Positions 25,138 to 37,240 of a stretch of 64,000 bases of DNA are shown piece after piece (the first letter of the stretch is position 1; every line of letters starts with the position of its first letter). The translations under genes and the position numbers were made by a program. The DNA is from Zootoca vivipara (Eukaryota): assembly GCF_963506605.1 (NCBI RefSeq), contig NC_083283.1, forward strand, positions 83,762,001-83,826,000, written 5' to 3'. A model generated the notes under the pieces. That model ran no database searches and was not told where the DNA came from. It was given only the letters and a program-made list of their open reading frames with translations.

Positions 25138-25599
25138 ACAGCATGGGATTGTAAAGTAATACCAGTAAATCGAGATGGGATAGAATACCGTCTCCTTTTT
25201 AGCCAAGAGGAAGACATCAAGATGCCCAGTGACAGACTGCTGGATTAGATCTCCTAATAGTTAATTCCTGAGAAGTTTTGAACATGGCAATTCTGATCCA
25301 TTTGAGACTTCTGTTGCAAGTACTTTCAATATCTCTGAGGCTTATCAGTCCATGAATACAAGTTTCACACGAACATTCATTTTATATTCTCTGCTCAGGA
25401 TAATGGAAACAACATCTGGAATGTGTGGGACTAGAGAAAAACTTTTGATAATCTTTAGCAGGAAGGGAGAGAGGGCAGTCCTTTTCTGTTAGCCCTTAAG
25501 GCTGCCTGTTTAGCGCAAAGACAAAGGTTCGGGCTGCTTAGGCTGGAATGGTCATACTATATGTTTCCATAATCTGAAAATGAGGTGGGGGGAAGCTTC

Positions 25600-26570
25600 T
25601 AGATAAGAACAGATCAGACCAAAGGCCCACTTAGTTCAGCATCCAGTTCTCATGGTGACCAACCAGATAACTAGGGGAAACATATAATCAGGATATGAAC
25701 ACAACAGTGGTCTTCTATTTGTGTTTCCCAGCAAAGGGCATCCAAATGGCCTTTGATACCAGAGGCGGCACATAGTCCTCGTGAGTATTAGCCCCTGATA
25801 GCCCCATCCTCGATGAATTTGCTGAATCAGCTCTTCAAGCTGTCCAAGTTGATGCAATGATGCACATTGTGTGGTGGTGAATCCCAGAGTTGAACTAGGC
25901 ACTGTGCGCTTCCTTTTGTTTATCCTGAATTTCCCATTTTTTGGCTTCATCGGTCACTCTGACCTGCACATCACCACTGGACGTTTTACGGTCGATTGGT
26001 GATGTGCCAACTACAAAATAAACACCTCCACCAAAACACCACAGACCAGGATACAGATAAAATAAAACGAAATTGCTTTATTGTGTATTCATATGCTTAA
26101 TGGTTGCAGTACAAATCTTAGGTTGTTCTAAATTTCAGATGGTTCCTATACCGGCCTATTACCGCTAATTATAAATTACCGGCCTATTACTGCTAAAGTC
26201 AACTAAGTAAATATTTATTAATAATCTCCCAACTTTGTATCCCGTCTGACTAAATCACCACCTATTCTCCTTCCTCAATATATTAAATTAGCTCTCTCTG
26301 CATATAACCAACCACTCCTAGCTCAACACCAACTGACTCCAACCTCAACTGACTCCCCCCTCAACTGACTCTCCTAACTGCCACTCGGGAGGGGTTTTTA
26401 TCCCTGGGCTGAGCCCGCCCCCGAGGGTTCTATCTGCTCTAAGCTTAACCCCTCACATGCTGGGTCTTGTCTCGGTGGTGAATCGCCACACCCCCAGGCT
26501 CTAGTATTATGAGAAAGGGAGAAAAGGGTCTCCTTCTCCACACCATGCATGATTTTGTACACTTCAGTCA
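25600..26570 (-). mobile_element. Old CR1-type fragment split by an LTR-like insertion
   Basis: CR1-like sequence at 25600-25950 resumes at ~26491 (ccccaggctctagtattatgagaaaggga). Confidence 0.5.
25960..26490 (-). mobile_element. Probable solo LTR
   Basis: The minus strand begins TGTGGCG and has a GC box (26414-26422), a TATA-like GATAAAAA (~26395-26402) and AATAAA (26077-26082). Left end and TSD unresolved. Confidence 0.55.
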
Positions 26571-28600
26571 TGCCTGTTCAGACGGAGGAATTAATAAGGT
26601 TTGGGGGAATTTCTCCTCCACCTACGTACTTTGCATGTTTTAAAATACCGTAAATACCCTACAAAACACTTCAAAGAATGGTCTGTCATGCATATTTTAA
26701 GATGACACCAAATGCAAAATGTGAAAGAGATGAATTTGAAGGTCCTGTCTCATCATAGCCTGTCTCTTATTACTCATGAAATTCTAATTCTGCCTATGAC
26801 AAGAAAAGAAACTCACCTTTATTCTCACCGCCCAGACCCTTCCCTGCATTCATAAAATGAGTTCAAGGTGTTTAAGAAGAAATTTGCTTTCCCAACCACC
26901 ACCTCTGTACTAGGGCCTGGGTTGTCTTTACAGGTGATTTTTTAAAATCCAGTCTAATTTGCAATGTACAGGAGATGAAAAAGCACACACACACACCCCA
27001 AAAATCTCCATTTAAATAAATAAAGAGTAGTCTATGTCATAAATGCCTCAGAAATTAATTTCTGTGCCAAATGGTACTAAAATTTAGGGTTCCATTTCAT
27101 ACATCCCCCCTAGTTAAAACCACTTGTTCTGGAATAAACTAGAAAAAATGCTGTACTTTATAGAGTTAATTCTAAAGGATACAAAAAGAGAGGCTGGTGA
27201 TCACTTCAGTAGGGGCCACATTAAATGAAGCTGCTTCTGAAAGGGAAGTGTTAAGTGGCCATCTGTTTCATGAATATAATCATGTTACAATTGATGGATG
27301 TAGGACTTCATCTCAAGGCCTCCAACTGGGTTCAAGGCTGACATGAGAGTCATGGTAGGCATTGTCTCATATATGATTTCTTTTTTAAAAGAACACTAAG
27401 GTGCTTTGTTCATGTATCTGCTAGCATATTAACTTGGTGGCTGTACCTTTATCTTTCTCTTTAGAAATCACAGAATGAATTCTGATCAATTACAGCTTTT
27501 CTTTGTATTCCCTGTTATTGACATAGAGCCTTCTCGAAAATGTCATTTCTTGTTTCAGCCCCTAAATTTTCCTTGGGACCATCTTCATCCATAGATATCC
27601 CAATTCCCCAATCAATTCTATACCTTTAGTCATATTTAAGCTTCCAATATGGAGTTTTCCTTGCAAAAGGTTCAACAGAAATACTCGCCTTCCTCTCATG
27701 TCAACCATGTGTTGACCAGATGATCTTGGAAAACCCACTGCCACCTAGCCCAGAACACTGCACTCTGAACAAGCCAAGTGGGCCTTTTGGGTTGCACACA
27801 ATGTAAACGGTTTTAATGCTTCTTTCAATGTATTGCTTTTTATTGGTGTATTGTAATATATTTTTGTTGTATTGTGATTTTAAATTGCTGTAAGCTACTC
27901 TGACAGGTGCATGGGTGGTAGAAGGACAATACAGGGGTTTTTTTATACAGTTAAATGTATCTGTTTTATTTAATCTTCTGTGCATTGAAAGTTTCATTTA
28001 CTTGATTTCTCTTTATGGGCTATCTAGCAAATGACATCTGTTTGTGGGTGTTTGGGTGTTTTTAAATGTATAAATATTTGGTTTGATCAGTAGATTATCC
28101 ATGAATGAATTCCATAGAAGCAAGCTACTCCATGGCTGGGCTTTGGAAGAATGCTAGACTGCACTCTCTGAAGGAAAAGGGTGGGTGGGTGTGAACAGGA
28201 CAGTTAAAGCGTTTAAGAGTTGGGAGATTGTGCGTAGAGCAACCAGTTCTCTGTGGATGCCTTGTAAAGTTAGGAATACAGCAGCAGTGGAATGTGCAGG
28301 GTGTGAGCTGGCAGCGAGCTTGGAGGTTCCCTGACCTCACTGTTGTCCCACTTCATCCCAGGGCCTCTGGGAAGTGCCACTGTCACTCTACCCCTCATTT
28401 ACTAACGCTGGAATAAACACTCCAAGGCTTCCATGCCTTGCTGGAAAGCCCCTTGCTGAATCCAAGCATGGATTTCCACCTCTCTTTCTATGCATATTAA
28501 AAAAGAGTGACCCTAATTCTGTGTGCTCCTTCTAGAAGGTAGATGCCACAGAAAATAGTGGAATCTGAGAAGACCTGGAAAGACTTTTACTGTAAATATC

Positions 28601-28664
<64 letters not shown>

Positions 28665-28666
28665 AA
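28601..28666. repeat. (GAAA)n microsatellite
   Basis: Perfect tetranucleotide run. Confidence 0.9.
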
Positions 28667-29184
28667 AGCACTTGGGTAAATCTAGCTGACTGCTCATTAT
28701 GAGGTAATCTTGCTTCTTCTGCCTTCTGTTATTCTCACCCATAGACTCTCTGGGTTGAATGGGAAGGTATTTGGTCACTTAGCACATTTCTTAATTGATT
28801 TTAATTTGTTTAATATTAAATAAGTTTCAGCACATTGGACTATTTCCTCCTCCACCACCAAATGTATCCTTATTTCTACACACAAACACACACACCATGT
28901 TAACATGTCTGGCTATGAGACAGATAAAAGCACTGCACCAATATTCATTGAAAAATCAGTTTTAAACCTATCCATGTCACACGAGACTAGGTGAGATCAC
29001 AGCATGCCAATATCTGCTCTGGCTCCAGAGAGCATTCCTAGCAAAATTACATCAGGTGGTTCTCCCACAGAATACATTAAAGCTTGGGAAGACTACATTC
29101 TTGACATGTCTGGTGGACCTACCCAAGGATTCAAACCTTCTGGCAGCACATATAAAGCATATTTTTAAAAAAGAAAAGAAAGTA

Positions 29185-29472
29185 CAAGTGGTGCCTCGCT
29201 AGACGAATTTAATTCGTTCCACGGGTATTTTCTTATAACGAAAAATTCGTCTAGCGAATCCCATAGGAATGCATTGAATTTTTTTTTTGAATTTTTGTTT
29301 GCCCATAGGAATGCATTAATTGAATTTCAACGCATTCCTATGGGAAACCACGATTCGCTAGATGAATTTTTCGTAAAACGAATTCGTCTAGCGAGGCAAC
29401 CTCTGCTCGAAAAATCCTTTCGTTAAGCAGAAATTTCGTTAAGCAGGGCATTCGTTAAGCGAGGCACCACTG
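29185..29472. mobile_element. Tc1/mariner-type MITE
   Basis: TA|CAAGTGGTGCCTCGCT ... AGCGAGGCACCACTG|TA. Confidence 0.85.
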
Positions 29473-29925
29473 TAATCATCAATTTTTTTGCTGCTAAATA
29501 TAGTACATGACCATAATATTTTCACAAAATCATGGGATTTATTTCCATTTCTTCCTATGGCAGCAGACTGGACAAATCCACACCCTGAAGGAGTCTAATA
29601 GCATTATTTTGATGAACCTATGGTTACACAAAATATGGGCGATCTTATTGTGGAGCATTTATTGCATCAGGGTAAAGAAAAGAGCCCTGGTTTGTCCACC
29701 CCCAAAAAATAAAAATACAACATGGAATTATTCTAGTTTATGTAGAAGCAATCTCTGCATGTATAGAGTGTCATTTTAAATCTGTATTGAACATGCTTAT
29801 TGCATCATGATTGGTCCTAAACTGGCATAAAGAAATTTGTCATTCAGTTCGCAAGAAACATGGTATTAGAAGAATAAAAATATATTGTGTTTTTTCAAGG
29901 ATTCTAATAGTTGCACATGACTCAC

Positions 29926-32328
29926 CTCTCCAGATGCATTCGGGAGCAGTTCCTTCCCATTCCTAACCTCCCCATTATCTGCAAAAACAGGAATGTTGGG
30001 GCTGAAGACCATCAGGTCACTCTTGGCTCCAGCCTCCCCGCTCACACCTGCCAGGATGTGGCTGTGGCGATTCGAATATGACCAGGTGCCCACTTCACTG
30101 GCACATACCAGGGTGGCTGTGCCAGGACCATACACCATGGCCTCCTTCGCCTGGCAACGGCATCGCAAGGCCACATAAAAGATTACTGCGAGGAGGAACA
30201 AGCTGGACACTGAGCAGATGGCAATGATCAGGTAGACATTGACATTGTCCACCAAAGGCTTTGAGCTTTCACCTGTCCTGGAAAGGGTGTCAGTCTTAAC
30301 AGCCTGGGCACTTGCCACCAGTGACAAACTCACTGTGGCTGTGGCCGTGAGTGAAGGTGTGCCATGATCTTTCACCAACACAAGGAGAGTCTGGCTGCTT
30401 CTGCCCTCCACCTCATCCAGGGCACGCGTGGTACTGATCTCCCCACTGTACAGCCCCACACGCCAAGGGCCAGTGGTCAACTCATGCATCTCATATCGCA
30501 ACCATGCGTTGTACCCTGAGTCAGCATCCAGGGCACGGATCTTGCCCACCATGTGTCCAGACAACACAGGAGCCACTAGAACAATTGGAGTCTCTTCTGA
30601 TGGTCCAGCCACTGTAGGCGCATTGTCATTCTCATCCACCACAAACACCTGAACTGTAGTGTTGCCACACAAGGAGGGCAGCCCAGCATCCTTGGCCCTC
30701 ACTTGGAACTCCAGAAGCTTTATGTCCTCATAGTCCAAGGGCTGCAAAGCATAGACCTTCCCACTCTCCGAGTGCACGGAGATGTAACTTGACAGCGGCC
30801 AGAGCGTCTCATCCATCCAGTAGCTGACTAGAGCATTCTCAGCCACATCTGGATCTGAGGCAGACACGGTGAAGATGTGGGCACCTGGTGGATTATTCTC
30901 CTTCACAAAGACCGTGTAGGAGGGCTGCGTGAAAGCTGGAGTGTTGTCGTTTACATCACGGATAGGAACTAAGAGGCTGCTGCTAGCAGACAATGGTGGA
31001 ACACCTTGATCTTGAGCTGTCACTATCAAGCTGTACTCAGCCACCCGCTCGCGATCCAAAGGCTCTGCTAGAGTTAAGGAGTAGTAGTTCTTGAACGTCG
31101 ATGTTAATTTGAAAGGCAGCCCAGGGGGCCACAGGGAGCAACTCACTTGCCCATTGGCTTCAGAGTCCCTGTCTGAGACACTGACAAGGGCCACCACTGT
31201 CCCTGGAGGAGAGTCCTCTGGCACTGGCACAGCAAGAGAAGTCACAGAAACTTCTGGAATGTTGTCATTCATGTCTAACACCTCAATGAGAACCTTACAG
31301 TGTCCAGACAAAGGCAAGCTTCCTTTATCTTCTGCAACAATTTGAAGGTCAAATAGATTAATGTCTTCAAAATCTACTTTCCCAATCACTCTGACCTCAC
31401 CTGTGCTGGCGTTTATGCTAAATATCTTTGTGAAACGGGGTGGTACATTATTGCTAAAAAAATAAGTGATTTCCCCATTAATCCCTTCATCTAAGTCTGT
31501 AGCATTCAGTTTAATAACTGTTGTTCCCTTAGCTGCATTCTCCAATAGTTTTACCTTGTAAGTGGACTGGTTAAATACAGGAGGGTTGTCATTTGCATCC
31601 AGGACATTGATCACCAGCTGGACTGTGCCTGTGAGCTTTGGTTTGCCCCCATCAGTGGCTGTGAGTACCAAGTGATGCACAGGTGTCTTCTCTCTGTCAA
31701 GTGGAGTTTTTAGTATAAGTACTGGAGATTTACTCTGGTCCTCATCACCTCCCGATTCAAGAATGAAATAGTCATTAGGGCTGAGCTTGTAGGTCAGCAA
31801 AGCATTGGCATCTGTATCTGCATCAGAGGCACCAGCTAACAGGAAACGGAAACCTGGTAGACGTGATTCTGCAATAGTCAAATTCTGTTCATTTACTGAA
31901 AAAAGAGGAGCATTGTCATTTATGTCCTTGATCTCCACTTCCACATGGAAGACCCTCAGAGGTTTATCCACAATCATCTCCAGGTGAATGGAGCACACAG
32001 GGTTCTTGTTGCAAAGCTCCTCCCTGTCTATCCGGGAATTCACAAACAAGATTCCATTCTGCACATTTACCTCAAAATGGTCTTCATGTCCTCTAGACAC
32101 CATCTGGAACATCCGAGGCACCAGCTCACTTACATCCAGCCCAAGATCTTGAGCGATGCGGCCCACAAAGGTCCCATGCTGAGATTCCTCCGGCACAGAA
32201 TAATGGAGCTGGCATCTCCCCATTTCCCAGGCTGTGTGGAGAAGGACCAGCTGCAGCAGCTGCTTGACCATGGAAGGATTCTGCCAAGGAACCATTGCAA
32301 ATACAGACACAAATCCCACCAGTGGCAT
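29926..32328 (-). CDS. PCDHA: Protocadherin-alpha variable exon V3
   Basis: ATG at 32328; the ATG at 32295 (GCAATGG) matches the start position of the paralogs and may be the true start. Six cadherin repeats and TM. Donor GAG|GTGAGT at 29926/29925. Confidence 0.95.
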
Positions 32329-32539
32329 CTCTCCTTTAAAAATCTCTTTTCTTGAAGAAGTGAAGAGCAGGGTCCAAAGAGCTCATCAGGGTTGGTGTAA
32401 TCATTTGAAGAGATTCCAGTAGTCTTGCATCTGGTGTGCGATATCCCTATTGTGAATCTCACAGGCAGGCAGAATTTTCAGGCTCTCTAAGGGAGGAGCT
32501 ATGAATTCTCTCTGCTCTTAAAACATTTCCTTAGGCAAC

Positions 32540-32555
32540 AGTGACCCCTTGTGAC
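32540..32555 (-). promoter_or_regulatory. CSE / promoter CTCF site of V3
   Basis: GTCACAAGGGGTCACT in the same flanking context as V2 and V5. Confidence 0.8.
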
Positions 32556-33390
32556 TGAATTTTGAAATGGAGAAGCAAATTATTGCATTCTGTATTTTAA
32601 TCAGACGTTTCCCCCATTTGACTAATAAACCTTTTACTTTTGCTTAACTTTCTCTTACAGTTGTATTTATTTTCCTTTGCTTCTCTGAATACCCTGCATA
32701 AATTCATCTTAGCTTCTTCTAACGTTAATCATTTTAAAATATAATGCATGCAGTACTGTACAAGGGTTAAGTCCACCTAAAAGTCCACGTGTAAATTTGA
32801 TCTGCATGGGTTTGTCAACACACATCAGGCACATCGACACATCATCATCATCATCATCATCATCATTCCACCTTTTTCCCTGACAGGAACTCAAAGCGGC
32901 TTACAGGTAAAAACACCCCTCCTGTCAGGAGAAGCAAATGTCAGCAGTAGAGGAAGCATTGTGGCTTTGTTTTGTTCCTTTGGCCTGACCAAGACAGGTC
33001 TGCTTGAATTGGGCTTCCTCCCTGTGTTCCTCTGGAGCAATATCATAGTAACAATGCCTGAGAGAGAAGCACATTTTGGGACGCTTCTTCCGAAGCAGGT
33101 AGAAAACCCATCACCTGACAACAGCTTCCACAGTGCTTCCCAGTCTGTGGCCTTGGTCCAACTGTGCCAGCAATGTCTGTTTGCTATTGCCTCCTCCATT
33201 TCATTTTCTACTGGTTAAGTTTATATAATGTTAAAAATCCAATGCATAGCTTTAATAATAATTTTTTAAAACCTCTAATGCTGGGTCTGGCAAGTTAATA
33301 TTTTCCTATCTACTTCTTCTGCCGGGGGGGGTGGCTTTTTGTTTAGACAAGCCTATCCAGATGTGTAGAATGTGAATATATGCTTTAATC

Positions 33391-33526
33391 CAGGCATCCC
33401 CAAACTGCGGCCCTCCAGATGTTTTGGCCTACAACTCCCATGATCCCTAGCTAACAGGACCAGTGGTCAGGGATGATGGAAATTGTAGTCCAAAACATCT
33501 GGAGGGCCGCAGTTTGGGGATGCATG
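33391..33526. mobile_element. hAT-family MITE, same family as 19447-19582
   Basis: Same TIRs; 8-bp TSD CTTTAATC at 33383-33390 and 33527-33534. Confidence 0.9.
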
Positions 33527-33921
33527 CTTTAATCAGTTTTAAGTTTCATAGTTTTCTACTCACAATTTTATTGTGTTTTTTTTCTTTTCTTTTTGTAAAC
33601 TGCTTTGGGGGTTTTCTTAAGAATTAAGCAGTATATAAATGTTATTAAATAAAGTAAAATAAATAAGGAAGGAAGGAAGGAACACACAGCCTTCCCTCCA
33701 TAATTGCCTCATCCTCTTTTTCCCTTCCTTATTCTCGCTTGGAAGGAGTAGTAGCTATTTTCTGTTTTTATGTGCAAATAGTGGTACGTGTGCTTGTCTG
33801 ACTCTCTTTCCATGTTCCATGTTCATTACTGCTGAAAGAGCAGAAGTATTTTACTGAAATTCAAATTTTGGGAAAGTATTAACAGACCTGAAACAGTTTT
33901 TCAATAGACTTTAGACTGTTT

Positions 33922-34154
33922 TGTTTTTGTTTTTTGTAAATATTTTTTATTAAAGATTTCTTGAATTACAAAGGTGTGTGCAGTGTCTCTCATATTTTAA
34001 CATGTATCATTTCTGCAAATCAGTTTCATTTGTTAAGACACTAAGAAGAAAGAGGGAAAACGAGATAGATAGGGGATGGGAGGGTGGACGGGGGTGGGAT
34101 TAGGTGACGATGTTTCTGTTTTGCTTAATATATGTAGGGCTTGGTGTCAGCTTT
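33922..34154 (-). mobile_element. Short non-LTR (L1-like) 3'-end insertion with 15-bp TSD
   Basis: GACTTTAGACTGTTT at 33907-33921 and 34155-34169; the T-rich left end corresponds to AATAAA plus an A tail on the minus strand. Confidence 0.7.
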
Positions 34155-34911
34155 GACTTTAGACTGTTTGAGATCATGGGTGTTGTGAAGGACTGAAACT
34201 ATTCAGCCATTTTGTGTTATAAAATTATTGCTCTCAGTTTAGAGGTTATTCTTGTGGGATGTTCAAAAGCTCAGCCCAGGAAACAAACTTAAAATGGGAA
34301 AGAAATATACAAACGTCAGGAAGAAAAAGGAAGCCTAAAGATTATTAGGCAACAGAAGCAAAACTCTACTGCCTTTCTGACTGTCCAAGATAGTGGAGGG
34401 CGAGGTGACATCAGGCATGTAAGTAAAGCTGGCAAATAGGAATAGTTGGCATTAAAGTCAGAAGAAAGAGATGGAATCAGAGGCCAGGATTGAGAGCACT
34501 GTAGAGGACAAACTGTTGATAGTACTAAACAGAGAAGCCTGGAAGCTCGTTTCCTCCAGACAAGGATGAGTTGAAACTGCTTAGGGCTGGATCTTTACAC
34601 ATCAAAAAAAGCATTTCAGGAAAACATGCTGGAAACTTTATAATGGGAATTCATGCTGGTGAAAGACGGAACCCCCACGTCTGATGTCACAGTGTTATTA
34701 CTCATATAAAACACTTTTTCTTTACTAATATAGCTGAGTCCTAAGTGTTGACTTAAGCTGGGAAACAATCCAGACTTGGTAGAATCATTTTCCTAAATGA
34801 TTCTTAAAGCTCTTTCTTTCTCAAAAGCATCTGTCATCACTTCAAAGCAATCTTAAGTGGCCTTGGTGTCCCAACAAGAGAGGCTGGTTCTTGCATCATT
34901 AACCCAGAGGG

Positions 34912-35322
34912 TGGAAATAGTTAGAGATACTGATTTATGGTGCAATCCAACCCCCTGCTGGGTAGCTGGCAGTGAAGGCACTGCTACATCAAGAACCCCA
35001 CTGCTCATGCTGGCCAGGGTAGATGTTAGCTTGGATCCTAAAACAATAGGCAGGTAGGATCCTAGAAGGCAGCAACCTGATTGGTCTGCAGGAGCCGTCC
35101 AATCTGGCTCTAGGAGGAAGTGAATCAGCAACCTGATTGGCCTGCAGGAACAGTCCAATCAGGCTTCAGGAGGGGAGCTGAATCAGCCAATCACATGGGA
35201 CCCATTATGTAAATAATGTATTTTATAGCCAGAGGTTTTTTTGGGGGGGGGGAAGTATTCACTGTTTACCATGAGCTGAAATAAAGAGCATAAAATCAAC
35301 CCTCAACTCTGTGTATATTTCA
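34912..35322 (+). mobile_element. Probable solo LTR with tandem CCAAT-box repeats
   Basis: Duplicated unit cagcaacctgattgg...tccaatc, AATAAA at 35280, ends ATATTTCA. Left boundary uncertain. Confidence 0.55.
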
Positions 35323-36214
35323 GTAGAGGAGCAGAAACATTCTGTATTTTTGCTGCACTAAATCCAGGGTGGTCCAAAAGAGACATTCAAATCGGGCCCA
35401 TTGCTGCAACTTTGCAGCGAATCCCTGACCAGTCCAGCTTCATCCCCTCCCTCCCACTGAATCACCCTGTTTCCGTGTTATACTGCCAACAATGTTATAC
35501 TGCCAACTGCTGGTAGCGGCACAGTGTCTGAAGTGGTGCCACCACCACATCCGTAGGCTTGCCATTCATGCCAGTTGGGGACAAAAGTGAGAAGTGAGCA
35601 AATTGCTGTGCCAATCTGGAGCAGGCACAGAGATTGGGCATAAATTGAGCCCCAAAAGCCATGATCCAATGGTAGTGGAGCGGGCTCAGCCCCTCCCTGC
35701 TTTTTCAACATGGCGTTTTGATGCTTTCTATTGGTTGCTATTGCTGGGGATCCCCCAGGCATAAGGAGGATTGTAAAGGGAAGCCAGATTCTCATGTGAT
35801 GACAGCTATTTCTAAGGAAACATGCTTAGGACTGTGGAGCAAGTGACTGTGCTGTGAACCAGGAAGATTTTTGATCTTGCATTTTTATTGATATGGGCTT
35901 AGGTAAGTTACTAAACCATTCATTCCCCGCTATCCTGCATCTGCAACATGAGGTTGATAATACTGATCTAAATTGCAGGATTACAAGATTTAATGAGGTG
36001 AAGTGTGTGAAGCTGTTTGAAAGCACTATATAAATGAACACCTCCTGCAATAAGAGATTGAGATTATAGCAGAAATGTTAAGTTTTTATTGAAACGATAT
36101 TGTTTCTTGGGAAAAACAAAGGAGGAGAAATAAAAATAAATCTTCATGCAAATAATGCATAGAAAGAGCTAAGAAGGCAATTTCTTCAGAAGAGAAGGTA
36201 GAATAATCTCTCAA

Positions 36215-36480
36215 TGCTTGGTCCCAGCTCCTGCCAACCCAGCAGTTCGAAAGCACGACAAAGTGCAAGTAGATAAATAGGTACCACTCCAGCGGGAAGG
36301 TAAACAGCATTTCTGCGCACTGCTCTGGTTTCACCAGAAGCGGCTTAGTCATGCTGGCCACATGACCTGGGAAAACTGTCTGCGGACAAACGTCGGCTCC
36401 CTCGGCCAGTAAAGCGAGTTAACCCCCTAACCCCAGAGTTGTTCGCGATTGGACTTAACTGTCAGGGGTCCTTTACCTTT
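36215..36480 (+). mobile_element. Sauria SINE, 5'-truncated
   Basis: Body matches the other copies and ends in ctttaccttt. Confidence 0.85.
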
Positions 36481-37184
36481 ATGTATAATTGTAAATTATT
36501 AAATCCTAAGGAGGATGTTAATAACTTGATTAGTAAGCTTGAAATTCCAGCTTTATCACATTTTAGCTTTATCACAAATTAGTTACTGCAGGATGGTGGG
36601 GAGGCAATAAATAAAATCTAACAAGTATTCCAGACAATGTAGCCATGATGCAAATTTCAAGAATGTTTTCAATAATTCCTCTATTTGAAGCAGGTGAAGT
36701 AGAAGAAAATTCATGAAGTGGTGACATAAGGAAATTGCAGTTACTTGGATGAAAACAAAAATTACATTCATCCCTACACCTGATAAATACTATTCAAGTA
36801 TAATATATTGGTAGCAGGTTTTACTTCTAAATGTAGATTATAAATTTTGGTAACTATAATGGCAGAAAACTTAAATCAGATATTAGATTATATTCATAGG
36901 GACCATTATGGACAGGTAAGGAAAATATATGTGTGTGATTGTCAGGAACTACTGACCACTGTCCTGTCCTATGTGGTGACCAAGATAACTGCAGTCATCT
37001 GACCTGGCTGGTCACTGGCTCCTCCTAGGCAAGGAGAAGTATAAAGGACTCCCTTTTGCAGCTGAGTCTTTCTTTTGCAACAAGGTCTGCTTGAACTATA
37101 GGATACTACTGTGCAGTGCCCGGTGCTGCCCAGGTATTTAAAGAAAAGTGGTTTTTAAATAGATAGTGTACTTTGTGAGTTTGG

Positions 37185-37240
37185 GTGTGTGTGTGTGTGT
37201 GTGTGTGTGCGTGTGCGTGCGTGCGTGCGTGCGTGCGTGC
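37185..37240. repeat. (GT)n(GCGT)n compound microsatellite
   Basis: Alternating purine-pyrimidine run. Confidence 0.9.
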
